This document shows, one piece after another, positions 18,297-26,225 of a stretch of 57,892 nt of DNA. The translations under genes were made by a program, and so were the position numbers. The notes under the pieces were generated by a model, which searched no databases, was not told where the DNA came from, and saw only the letters and a program-made list of their open reading frames with translations. The DNA lies in the IMG/VR virus record IMGVR_UViG_3300048793_000013, positions 1 through 57,892 of that record; one strand, 5' to 3'. Source of the DNA: a virus. Taxonomy: Duplodnaviria > Caudoviricetes. The number at the start of each line of letters is the position of its first letter. Within the stretch, counting starts at the first letter, position 1.

Positions 18297-18493
18297 GGGT
18301 TCTAGGCGCGGCTGCCATCATTGTGATAGGGGGGCTTTATGCCCCTTTTTCGCATGGTGCCGACTTGCCAATCCCAAAGCCCGATGCTGCGATAGCTGCG
18401 CCTGCGACGGCATGGTGGCACCATAGGCACCATCGACGCCCCCCTAAGCCACCACGCCGCGTGAGGAATCTAAAGGCTATTCTATCCGACTGA
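18293..18493 (+). CDS. small secreted or membrane protein
   Basis: hydrophobic N-terminus, His/Arg-rich tail, ATGA coupling. Confidence 0.45.
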   Translation: MRVLGAAAIIVIGGLYAPFSHGADLPIPKPDAAIAAPATAWWHHRHHRRPPKPPRRVRNLKAILSD

Positions 18494-18508
18494 ACAGGAA
18501 GACAAACC

Positions 18509-19267
18509 ATGGATTACAAATACGGCAAACTCCCCGCTCGGGAGAACCCTCACGCCATCCGGTTCGCCGATTTCGTTGACAAGCGCGAAGTCCTCCCCGC
18601 CGTCCCCGCCGTCTTCGGGCGTGAGAAGGAAGCTGACGCCGCCGGCATGTTGGCAAACGACCAATTCGGCTGTTGCGTATTTAGCGGAGCGGCCCACGAG
18701 ACCCGCCTATGGTCCCGCGAGGGCTCGGGAGCCCCGGTCTCATTCACCGATGCCAACGTCCTCGCGGACTATGGTGCCGTGACCGGCTTCCATGCCGATG
18801 ATCCGTCTACCGATCAGGGTACCGATATGGGTGCCGCTGCGAAATACCGCATGAGTACCGGCATTGTGGACGCCAGCGGCACCCGTCACAAGGTCGCTGC
18901 TGCCCTGGCGCTGCATCCCCGCGATTGGGACCAACTCATGGTTGGGGCTTATCTGTTCGATGCTGTGGGATTTGGTTTCGAAGTCCCGAACACCATCAAC
19001 GATCAGTTTGACCGTCAGGTGCCGTGGGACGTGGTGCCGAATGCAAAGATCGTCGGCGGCCACTACGTCGCCGTGTTCGGACGCAACTCGAAAAGCAACG
19101 GCGTATGCTCTACCTGGGGCCGCGTCCAGGCATTCACCCGTGCATTCTATGAGCGGTACAATGATGAGACATATGCGTATGTCAGTGAGGAAATGCTGCG
19201 CGGCGGCAAGTCGCCACGCGGGTTCGACATGGATGGACTTCGGAAATACTTAGCGGCAATGACGTAA
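18509..19267 (+). CDS. papain-like cysteine peptidase
   Basis: NDQFGCCVFSGAAH, GGHYVAVFG and STWG catalytic pattern. Confidence 0.7.
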   Translation: MDYKYGKLPARENPHAIRFADFVDKREVLPAVPAVFGREKEADAAGMLANDQFGCCVFSGAAHETRLWSREGSGAPVSFTDANVLADYGAVTGFHADDPSTDQGTDMGAAAKYRMSTGIVDASGTRHKVAAALALHPRDWDQLMVGAYLFDAVGFGFEVPNTINDQFDRQVPWDVVPNAKIVGGHYVAVFGRNSKSNGVCSTWGRVQAFTRAFYERYNDETYAYVSEEMLRGGKSPRGFDMDGLRKYLAAMT

Positions 19268-19320
19268 CTGGGAGATCAATTTCCGCCGCTGTTCTGAGCG
19301 GACGGCCTATTCTACGAAGC

Positions 19321-19351
19321 ATCGCCGGCTTACCAAGTGAAAGCCGGCGAT
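19321..19351. terminator. hairpin between convergent operons
   Basis: ATCGCCGGCTT / AAGCCGGCGAT 11-bp stem. Confidence 0.7.
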
Positions 19352-19361
19352 GTATTGTTCC

Positions 19362-19583
19362 TCAGATCGTTGCTGGAATTTTCATGAGGTCGAGCGCGTC
19401 GTCCTCGCGAATTGGAATTTCCGGCAGCGGCGCGTCTGGTGTTCGATCACGTTGAAACGCAATCTTGAAAGCTTCATCGCGGGTGAACCGCCCCGCGCGT
19501 GACGCCATGTCCGTATAGCCGCTGCGAGCAGCGCACCACCATGCGTTGTGCTCGTTGGACCAGATCAGGTAGTTGTCGGCCAT
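19362..19583 (-). CDS. hypothetical phage protein
   Basis: YLIWSNEHNAWW...GYT...AGRFTRDEA; GAGGAG RBS. Confidence 0.65.
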   Translation of the reverse strand: MADNYLIWSNEHNAWWCAARSGYTDMASRAGRFTRDEAFKIAFQRDRTPDAPLPEIPIREDDALDLMKIPATI

Positions 19584-19593
19584 CGATTGCTCC

Positions 19594-19680
19594 TCACTTA
19601 AGGCCATAGACAGCACGAGACTGTTTTCTAATCCACCATAGCGCGGCAACGATCAGAACTGCGACGCCGACACAATTCAT
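19594..19680 (-). CDS. 28-aa single-TM peptide
   Basis: MNCVGVAVLIVAALWWIRKQSRAVYGLK; GAGGAG RBS; fills the intergenic gap exactly. Confidence 0.5.
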   Translation of the reverse strand: MNCVGVAVLIVAALWWIRKQSRAVYGLK

Positions 19681-19690
19681 TTTTGGCTCC

Positions 19691-20035
19691 TCAAAAGGAA
19701 CACGCTACACCGCGAACAAACAGAATTTGCGGATCGGCATGCGGTTCAATTTCTTCGGCGGGGATCAATCCGCGATCCAGGCCGCAGTAGATGCAGGCAA
19801 CCGTCTTGCCTCTTGCTTTAGCCGGCGCCGCGATCGACCGTTCGCAAAAACAGCACACCGCTCCATGCACCGGTTCATCATCCCAATGACGCGCATGCCA
19901 CGGCATGCAACAGCAGAACGGTGCCGGCGGCAAGATGCGAAGCAACGGGCTCTCTCCTGCTGTTTCAGTACCAATCGTCGGCGTTGTAGAAGGCGTGACC
20001 GCTCGGTGTCGCCGCGACCTCGCAACCGTCGTCAT
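19691..20035 (-). CDS. hypothetical Cys-rich protein (start uncertain)
   Basis: CCFC...CIYC motifs; stop followed by an RBS. Confidence 0.45.
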   Translation of the reverse strand: MTTVARSRRHRAVTPSTTPTIGTETAGESPLLRILPPAPFCCCMPWHARHWDDEPVHGAVCCFCERSIAAPAKARGKTVACIYCGLDRGLIPAEEIEPHADPQILFVRGVACSF

Positions 20036-20135
20036 CGACGTAGGTTACACACTTTTGCTGCGCTTGCGCTTGGCGGATCGCACCGCGCTCTCGGTTCTCG
20101 CGGGTGATCTGCTCGGCAGTCTCTCGGTCAGTCAT
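19965..20135 (-). CDS. hypothetical protein
   Basis: MTDRETAEQ... with GAGGGGG RBS. Confidence 0.5.
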   Translation of the reverse strand: MTDRETAEQITRENRERGAIRQAQAQQKCVTYVDDDGCEVAATPSGHAFYNADDWY

Positions 20136-20146
20136 TTGGTGCCCCC

Positions 20147-20347
20147 TCAGTGTTGACCACGCAGATGGTGAATTGCCGCCAACGCCGCTTGCACCGCAAC
20201 GTGATCGTTCCACACACCGTTTTTCATGATGCGCTGATGCGTCTCCGCGTCGTCGGTTCCATAGAACGGGATCACGGCCATCGCGCACGCGCGGGCCAAT
20301 TCCGCATCCGCTCCAGCGAACGGGCCTGGGTGTTTTTCTACCTTCAT
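20147..20347 (-). CDS. hypothetical protein
   Basis: MKVEKHPG... with GAGGAG RBS. Confidence 0.55.
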   Translation of the reverse strand: MKVEKHPGPFAGADAELARACAMAVIPFYGTDDAETHQRIMKNGVWNDHVAVQAALAAIHHLRGQH

Positions 20348-20390
20348 GCTCGGCTCCTCAGTTCCGTCTACGCCCAGACTACGGGACATA

Positions 20391-20567
20391 TCAACCATCT
20401 TTCGTCATCCACAGGATAATGCGGGCAAGGCCGTCAGCGTCAGGCATCTTCCCCTGCTTGATCCGCGTCAAGGTCGAGGCGGCGACGCCGATCTCTCGCG
20501 CCAAGTCTTTGCCGGCGATGTCGTATTTGCCCTGGTATGCGGACAGCATTTTCGCGAGGTTCGCCAT
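20391..20567 (-). CDS. XRE/Cro-family HTH regulator (58 aa, absent from the ORF track)
   Basis: MANLAKMLSAYQGKYDIAGKDLAREIGVAASTLTRIKQGKMPDADGLARIILWMTKDG. Confidence 0.8.
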   Translation of the reverse strand: MANLAKMLSAYQGKYDIAGKDLAREIGVAASTLTRIKQGKMPDADGLARIILWMTKDG

Positions 20568-20574
20568 GCCCGGA

Positions 20575-20647
20575 CCTGTATCAGATTAGAAATCAGATTG
20601 CAAGTATCGAATTATTCGTTGACAACAATTTTGGGACGGCGTATATG
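20575..20647. promoter_or_regulatory. divergent promoter pair
   Basis: minus strand TTGCAA-17-TACAGG, 7 nt before ATG 20567; plus strand TTGACA(20619)-17-TATATG(20642), 6 nt before ATG 20654. Confidence 0.65.
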
Positions 20648-20653
20648 GAAAAA

Positions 20654-20824
20654 ATGGTGATGAGCACCGCAGGAGAACTTGTCTTAGAGGCAGAGCGCAA
20701 AGAGCGCGCCCGATGCCTCCGCGTTTTCATGAAGCACATTCGCCGGGAGAGCCGCGGCAGGTGCTGCGACAATTGCAACTGCATGGCGCTCCGGCGCGCC
20801 ATCGAAGAACTTCACCGGAAATGA
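20654..20824 (+). CDS. hypothetical Cys-rich protein
   Basis: CCDNCNC motif; first gene after the promoter. Confidence 0.5.
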   Translation: MVMSTAGELVLEAERKERARCLRVFMKHIRRESRGRCCDNCNCMALRRAIEELHRK

Positions 20825-20834
20825 GGCCCGAACG

Positions 20835-21077
20835 ATGGGATTGCTGGAAAAGCATGAGGGGATCGCCGAACGCATCATTGAGCGCGAAGCTTTCGAGTAT
20901 GCTCTATGCAAGGGTGTCGGCGAACGCGAAGCGCGTGGCCGTCTAAAGCATGCGATCGTCATGGCGCTCGGAACTGAGTTCTCGCGGGGCGCGGAGTTGC
21001 AGCGCCGATCGATGGAAAGCAACGCCGAGATCGATCGCATCGAGCGCGACCTCGGAAATGGTCAACCCCCCATCTGA
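20835..21077 (+). CDS. hypothetical protein
   Basis: bounded by junction motifs. Confidence 0.6.
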   Translation: MGLLEKHEGIAERIIEREAFEYALCKGVGEREARGRLKHAIVMALGTEFSRGAELQRRSMESNAEIDRIERDLGNGQPPI

Positions 21078-21084
21078 GGCCCCA

Positions 21085-21441
21085 ATGAACTTGCTCGAAG
21101 AGTTTGCCTCGGCGGTAGCGCGCGGCGTTGAGGTCACGATCTTGACCAACGCGCGCGATCCGATCGATCTTCATTACAATTGGAAGTTCTGGGAGACGAG
21201 AGATTCGGGATGCGGAGAGGTCGTCGGCGCCGGCTACAGGCTCGTCGTTCGAGACTGCGACGGAGATAGCTCATGGTGGGAGCTTCGCCGCGGTCGCGAA
21301 GTGCTTGCCAAGGGCAGCAGCTACGACTGGAAGCCATACTATCATTTTGATTTTTGTTGCCTGGAGGCAGAGCGAGCCTTGCGCTCGGAAGTGAAGCGCC
21401 GCAAGACCGCTCTTCTGACAAAACGTCAACCCCTCATCTGA
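21085..21441 (+). CDS. hypothetical protein
   Basis: bounded by 22-bp direct repeats. Confidence 0.6.
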   Translation: MNLLEEFASAVARGVEVTILTNARDPIDLHYNWKFWETRDSGCGEVVGAGYRLVVRDCDGDSSWWELRRGREVLAKGSSYDWKPYYHFDFCCLEAERALRSEVKRRKTALLTKRQPLI

Positions 21442-21449
21442 GGCCCGAA

Positions 21450-21752
21450 ATGTCGGAACCTATCGCAATGCCGGTCGATGTGCGCGGGCCAATGCTGCAA
21501 GCGCGTAAGATCGTTGAGGATCACATCGCCGCTTACGGCATGGTGCCGCATCCCGACAAGATCAAGGAAGAGATAGCCACGGCGATTGGCTTCGCTCAAC
21601 TTGCATCGATCCCGCACCGGGACAAGGTTGAGGAATTGCTGCACAAGGTCGTCGATTTGACATGGGGCTATGCCATGGAGGATGGCAGCGTTCCATTGAC
21701 CAAAACCGCCGACACGATCATTGCGACCGCTAGAGCGTCACAGTCTCCTTGA
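21450..21752 (+). CDS. hypothetical protein
   Basis: MSEPIAMP... after a junction motif. Confidence 0.6.
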   Translation: MSEPIAMPVDVRGPMLQARKIVEDHIAAYGMVPHPDKIKEEIATAIGFAQLASIPHRDKVEELLHKVVDLTWGYAMEDGSVPLTKTADTIIATARASQSP

Positions 21753-21762
21753 AAGGCCCGTC

Positions 21763-21951
21763 ATGTCAAACGATTGGTACAACACCCTAATCGCCGCCAA
21801 AGCGCGGGCTCGCCTAAGCGGCCTTGGTTGTGCCTATGCCGTTCAATGGCCGCTGGGTCATTGCACCGTTGAGGATCGCAAACCCTCTCTGCGCTCGCCG
21901 CAGATGAAGGTGATCGAGTGTGACTGCACTGGCGCGGAGCACCTAGCGTGA
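21763..21951 (+). CDS. hypothetical protein
   Basis: MSNDWY... after a junction motif. Confidence 0.5.
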   Translation: MSNDWYNTLIAAKARARLSGLGCAYAVQWPLGHCTVEDRKPSLRSPQMKVIECDCTGAEHLA

Positions 21952-22139
21952 TCGGAGCCTGTGAGTGCTGCGATCGGCAGAACGTGCCTCTTTCGCACAT
22001 CGACACGGTGTTCGGGATAGAAGCGTTTGCCTGCTACCTCTGTCTCGGTGAAGACCACCCTGACCCATACGCGGAGCTTGAGAATGGAATACGAGCTACG
22101 CCACCCCAAGACGGAAGCCGAAGCGATCGAGATCATTGA
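21948..22139 (+). CDS. hypothetical Zn-finger protein
   Basis: CECC...CYLC motifs; GTGA coupling. Confidence 0.5.
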   Translation: MIGACECCDRQNVPLSHIDTVFGIEAFACYLCLGEDHPDPYAELENGIRATPPQDGSRSDRDH

Positions 22140-22290
22140 GAGTGCATTGCACGTAATTTATGGACAAATTGAGCACTATCGCGGCGAGCGAAAGAAAGCC
22201 TGGAACGGCGATTATGTGACACATCTTCGGAAGGAAGCGCAGCATGCAATCGACTGGATACGACAATCCCATTTCACTAGCTGTGCTTGA
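22084..22290 (+). CDS. hypothetical protein
   Basis: MEYELRHP... with GGAG upstream. Confidence 0.5.
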   Translation: MEYELRHPKTEAEAIEIIESALHVIYGQIEHYRGERKKAWNGDYVTHLRKEAQHAIDWIRQSHFTSCA

Positions 22291-22294
22291 CGAC

Positions 22295-22471
22295 ATGGAG
22301 CACGAAGCGAAGTACATGGACCATCCGGTCAATGCGAAAATGAAACTGCTTGCGGAAGCCCTTGTCACCCTGAAACACGCTCGCGTTTTCATTTGCACTC
22401 GCGAGAAAATGCACCCGACCGGGATCGAGCTTTACGACGATTTGGTTAAGCGCATAGAGCAAACTACATAG
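22295..22471 (+). CDS. hypothetical protein
   Basis: helical small ORF within the operon. Confidence 0.5.
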   Translation: MEHEAKYMDHPVNAKMKLLAEALVTLKHARVFICTREKMHPTGIELYDDLVKRIEQTT

Positions 22472-22492
22472 TCAACAGGTGAGGCCCGAAAA

Positions 22493-22633
22493 ATGGAACA
22501 CAATCATAACTACTCGCCGATCGTACATGCATTGGATCGGCTCCGTGACTTCTACACACGGGAGGCGCCGATCGTGCGTGCATTGGATAAACTCCGTGAT
22601 TTTTACAAGCGAGAGACCGAAGAACGCAGTTAA
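22493..22633 (+). CDS. 46-aa peptide with a tandem 17-aa repeat
   Basis: PIVHALDRLRDFYTREA / PIVRALDKLRDFYKRET; follows a junction motif. Confidence 0.55.
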   Translation: MEHNHNYSPIVHALDRLRDFYTREAPIVRALDKLRDFYKRETEERS

Positions 22634-22680
22634 ACCACGTAAGGCAGGCTAGCGGGATGCCCGAACCTCCCGCGAACAAA

Positions 22681-22702
22681 TCTGCAAAGGATTCTGCAAA
22701 GG
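22681..22702 (+). repeat. direct repeat TCTGCAAAGG x2 (possible integrase arm-type site)
   Basis: copies at 22681-22690 and 22693-22702, about 55 bp from the att core. Confidence 0.5.
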
Positions 22703-22756
22703 GCGCCTCCATCTCGATTTATCGACGCCCCACGCCATTGATTCGGTTCTGATTTT

Positions 22757-22805
22757 TGGTCGGAGCGCCGAGATTCGAACTCGGGACCCCCAGTCCCCCA
22801 GACTG
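22757..22805 (-). other. attP-like core: 3' part of tRNA-Pro(GGG)
   Basis: minus strand CAGT-CTGGGGG-ACTG...CCGAG-TTCGAAT-CTCGG-CGCTCCG-ACCA; 5' acceptor strand and D arm absent. Confidence 0.85.
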
Positions 22806-22988
22806 TGGCAGTGGCTAGAACTTCACGCGAACGCCTGATCGCTCCTAGTTGCGCGCTGTTCCCCCGTTTGTGTCCTCGCGAATCGACATGACTGGCGTCA
22901 GCCGCGCGGTAAGAAGCCGCCGATAATCCTCGCAACCTTTTGCCCGTTCTGCGGAACGAAGCACGGGTGACCACGAAAGGCCGGAACG

Positions 22989-23234
22989 ATGGCAAGCATG
23001 AATGATGCCGTGTGGAATGCTGGGCTCGCACAGATAGCCAAAGAACAGGCTTCTGCCGGAGAGTCGAAAATGCCGTGGCCTGCCCCTACGGAAGAAATGT
23101 TAGACGATCCAAAATTCATGGCGATTTGGCGCTGCATCAAGTCCTGGGACATCAATGTCCCAGGTGCCTATAACGGTTACTGCGGCGCTACCGGAAATCA
23201 TGCCCGCGCCATCTTCGTCGCGCTCAACAACTGA
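22989..23234 (+). CDS. hypothetical phage protein
   Basis: WPAPTEEMLDDPKFMAIW..IKSWDINVP..Y.GYCGATGNH. Confidence 0.65.
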   Translation: MASMNDAVWNAGLAQIAKEQASAGESKMPWPAPTEEMLDDPKFMAIWRCIKSWDINVPGAYNGYCGATGNHARAIFVALNN

Positions 23235-23256
23235 GGCCCGTTATGTCTGCGCTTAG

Positions 23257-23467
23257 TCAATAGACACTTTTAAGCCCAACATTTCTCCTACTCACAAGAT
23301 CAACCGTAACCATCACAATATCTCCGGGGCGCATGGATTCCGACTCGATGTCGAGCAAGAATGTTTCCTTTCGTGTTGGTGCTTTTCATCCAAACCTCGA
23401 CGAGGCCATCTTGTGGACATGTGCTTTGTACGGTGTATTCGGCGGAGAGGAGAGGAGGGCCATTCAT
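23257..23467 (-). pseudogene. small gene with a probable +1 frameshift near 23370
   Basis: ATGA-coupled start; removing one A in ACGAAAGGAAAC gives a continuous 69-aa beta-rich protein. Confidence 0.35.
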
Positions 23468-24084
23468 TTATGGAAACCGCTCGCTATGAAAAGCGCGACG
23501 GCAGCGATGGCGGCGCCGATGACGGCCACAACAAAGGTGCGATTGTCGGTCGTGTTCTTTTTTGTATCGCGCGTATCCTCACGTAAATCATAACGGTTCT
23601 TATCGCTGCTCGCTGTCCCTCCCTGTCCAAGGTCAAGCCGAGAAGTCAAGGCGGTCACCATCGTTCGCAGCACTTCGATTTTGTCATTAGTAGCTTTAAT
23701 CTCGGTTGCGAAATTTGATGCCAGTCCTTTGAGCAGTTCGCCCACATTCAACTCGAACTTGGCTGCCGATTCCTTTTGCGTCGAAAGCGCGGCAGCGAGC
23801 GCGACCGCATTTGCCTTTGCAAGCTGGTCCACAAGGTCCTTGGTAGCAGTAGCTAGCTGGCTGACGAGCTTTTCATTGGCACTGAATTTGTCGTTGACTG
23901 CGTTTAAAAGCGCGGCAAGAGTATCTTTAAGCTCTCCGCGCGCCAGTGTCGTAGCCCCATCGCGGATTTCGAATTTATCGTTGATCGTGCGTTCGAGTAA
24001 TTCAAGCCTCTCCAGGACCGCCTGCGTGGGGTCTGGATTGGTTTTGACAACCGAGGAGTCTCCTTTGGGGGGTACCATATTCAA
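23464..24084 (-). CDS. coiled-coil protein with C-terminal TM helix (lysis region)
   Basis: heptad-rich body, FVVAVIGAAIAAVALFIA tail. Confidence 0.7.
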   Translation of the reverse strand: MNMVPPKGDSSVVKTNPDPTQAVLERLELLERTINDKFEIRDGATTLARGELKDTLAALLNAVNDKFSANEKLVSQLATATKDLVDQLAKANAVALAAALSTQKESAAKFELNVGELLKGLASNFATEIKATNDKIEVLRTMVTALTSRLDLGQGGTASSDKNRYDLREDTRDTKKNTTDNRTFVVAVIGAAIAAVALFIASGFHK

Positions 24085-24127
24085 AATCTCCTAGCCACGC
24101 GCTTGATCTACGCGAGAACTCGTTACG

Positions 24128-24631
24128 TTACCTATCTAGGTAGGTTATCCCGCCGTCCTGTTGAAGTCCAACATGCTGGCTGGTAGGGACCAACTCCGTT
24201 CGGCGATTGCCAAAATCACCAAAGTTGATAAATCCAAGTCCGCCGGTCAGGGCCTTTGCAGCCAAACCAAGGATGATGATCAAGGCCACGACTGACAGCA
24301 CGAAGCTGATTTGTTGGGCCATCGGGAACTGGAAATAAACCAGTGCCGAATCAATGATGTAGAGCAAGAGGTACATCACGAGCACACCAATGGCAAACTC
24401 AAGAATACCACCGACAGTGATGTGGATCGTTCCGGCTGGAACCCCCATCCCGAACGCACTGAGAATAGCCCCCAGGACGACGAGAATGCACGCACCCCAA
24501 ACGGCCGTCCTGGCAAATCTGGCCCACGGCTCGGGGAGCGGCCTGAAGGTCATTGCGGCATAGATCAGCGCGCCTATGATGGCAACGCCAAAGAAGGTGA
24601 ATATCAAAGCGCCGATTGCGGCGAGATTCAT
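24128..24631 (-). CDS. four-TM membrane protein
   Basis: four hydrophobic segments. Confidence 0.7.
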   Translation of the reverse strand: MNLAAIGALIFTFFGVAIIGALIYAAMTFRPLPEPWARFARTAVWGACILVVLGAILSAFGMGVPAGTIHITVGGILEFAIGVLVMYLLLYIIDSALVYFQFPMAQQISFVLSVVALIIILGLAAKALTGGLGFINFGDFGNRRTELVPTSQHVGLQQDGGITYLDR

Positions 24632-24658
24632 AGTGATTCTCCTGTTATTTGTTGTATG

Positions 24659-24979
24659 CTATCCCGGCCGATGGCTACCGGCTGGATTCCGGTGCACACC
24701 CCACAAGACACCCTCCCGGTCCAATTCATCGCCGTGCATTTCCGCGATCTCTTGGGCTCGGATGTTGTTGAACATGAAGATTTCAAATGTGGCCGACACC
24801 TTGGCATAGTCCGTGATCCGCTTGGCATAGACCCAATCAGGTTCCGGGAACAGGACTTGCCGATCGGGTGCGGGACGCTCGCTGCGGCGATGCTCGCACC
24901 ACACATTCGCAGTTGTGCATTGGGCTTGAGCCGCTGTGGATAAAACGACAGCAGCTAGGATAAGGGCGAGGCGGATCAT
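24659..24979 (-). CDS. secreted hypothetical protein
   Basis: signal peptide MIRLALILAAVVLSTAAQA. Confidence 0.55.
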   Translation of the reverse strand: MIRLALILAAVVLSTAAQAQCTTANVWCEHRRSERPAPDRQVLFPEPDWVYAKRITDYAKVSATFEIFMFNNIRAQEIAEMHGDELDREGVLWGVHRNPAGSHRPG

Positions 24980-25410
24980 GCGTTTCTCGGTTTGTCTGGG
25001 GACGATGGCGGAGCTGGGCTCGCATCGATTACCTTGGCGAGGTTAGGATCAGCGACCGCTGCAGCCACCGCGCCAGTTGCCCCGGTGACGGGGATGATTG
25101 CCTTGATCCCCGCCATGGCGTCCACGGACGAAATCTTAGCCATGTCAGAGATGCCGTCGAACGCCATCCTGCGTTCCGGTGCGGACAGCGACAGGGCGTT
25201 ATTTAGCTTCGATACGTCTGTTGTCGCGTTGTAGTGTAGGGCGGACAGGATCGCCGTGCCGATGAAAGCAAGGAACATGCACCAACTTTTGACGGCAGGT
25301 ATCCAGACGACTGGGATCATGTCCGTCAGGTTCAGGGCGCCGAGCCCGATGGCCTGTTCGACCATTATTGCAATGCTGATCCACACGGCTATCTTTGGGT
25401 CAATGTTCAT
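24976..25410 (-). CDS. putative holin
   Basis: two N-terminal TM helices, downstream of the endolysin. Confidence 0.5.
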   Translation of the reverse strand: MNIDPKIAVWISIAIMVEQAIGLGALNLTDMIPVVWIPAVKSWCMFLAFIGTAILSALHYNATTDVSKLNNALSLSAPERRMAFDGISDMAKISSVDAMAGIKAIIPVTGATGAVAAAVADPNLAKVIDASPAPPSSPDKPRNA

Positions 25411-25416
25411 TATCCT

Positions 25417-25917
25417 TTATCCCTTAGGTTGTCTTATTTCAGGGTCTACCACAAGAACGCGCCCGCTTAAAATCAATAACAGATCGGCCGGGCTAATCTC
25501 ATGGGCCGGCCGGCTTAGCGGGACGCCGAAGTATCCGCAGGAGCGCAGCGCCAGCACCATCAAGGCGGAACAGATGACATGCATCGGAACATGCTGATCG
25601 AGCCGAAGCACAAAACCCAAGATCGACTCGATGTCGTAGGGCCTTCCGATTTTTCCTGTGAGAAACTTCACAAATTGTGGAACATCATCGCACGGCAGCG
25701 CCAAGAAAAGCTGTTTGGTCCAGATTGTATCATCATAGTTCGGTGCTCGCGCTTGAACGCCTCCATCCGCATGAGCACCTAGATAAGTGCCATCTGGCAT
25801 TACTGCTTCGACATGGCTCGCCCAAAAATCCTCCGCAAATCGAATGCCGGCCGAGACCGGATCGGATGTCGTGACGAAGCGCAAGACGAGGTTTCCAGTG
25901 GAAGGATCAGTCCTCAT
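25417..25917 (-). CDS. permuted NlpC/P60 (YiiX/YebB-like) amidase
   Basis: ASHVE...IGRPYD...VICSALM...ISPADL. Confidence 0.75.
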   Translation of the reverse strand: MRTDPSTGNLVLRFVTTSDPVSAGIRFAEDFWASHVEAVMPDGTYLGAHADGGVQARAPNYDDTIWTKQLFLALPCDDVPQFVKFLTGKIGRPYDIESILGFVLRLDQHVPMHVICSALMVLALRSCGYFGVPLSRPAHEISPADLLLILSGRVLVVDPEIRQPKG

Positions 25918-26225
25918 TCGGTTCTCCGGTTTGTTTTACGAATGATAGCCCTCATCACCTCCAAGGCCGGTTCCTTGACGGTCACAGTCTTGCCGTCCGC
26001 CGTCGCGATGTTCGTTTGATGGTCGAACGTGTAGACGTGAACGATTTGATCGACGGCGAAGAAATGGGCTTGGCCGGTCGGAGAGTGCACCGTGATCCAT
26101 GCGATGGTGAGATAGGTGAACGACTTCCACAATGGAATCAGGTGCCAAATCTCACCCAAATAACAAATAGGATTCCAATCACGGTTGCGACAATAAGAGC
26201 GGTGTGCATGGGGAATCCTCCGCAT
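25914..26225 (-). CDS. hypothetical protein
   Basis: coupled to both neighbours. Confidence 0.55.
   Translation of the reverse strand: MRRIPHAHRSYCRNRDWNPICYLGEIWHLIPLWKSFTYLTIAWITVHSPTGQAHFFAVDQIVHVYTFDHQTNIATADGKTVTVKEPALEVMRAIIRKTNRRTE

Larger units (their letters stand above)
20822..23245 (+). repeat. dispersed gene-junction motif TGAGGCCCG-N(2-4)-ATG and variants
   Basis: copies near 20822, 21075, 21439, 21750, 22480, 22976 and 23232. Confidence 0.7.

Noticed and set aside
22515-22607. mini CRISPR array
   Set aside because: Only two degenerate copies with a 51-bp (17-codon) period inside an ORF; no spacer-sized unique sequence and no cas genes
22757-22830. complete tRNA-Pro gene
   Set aside because: The 5' acceptor strand (CGGAGCG) and D arm are missing; better explained as an att core
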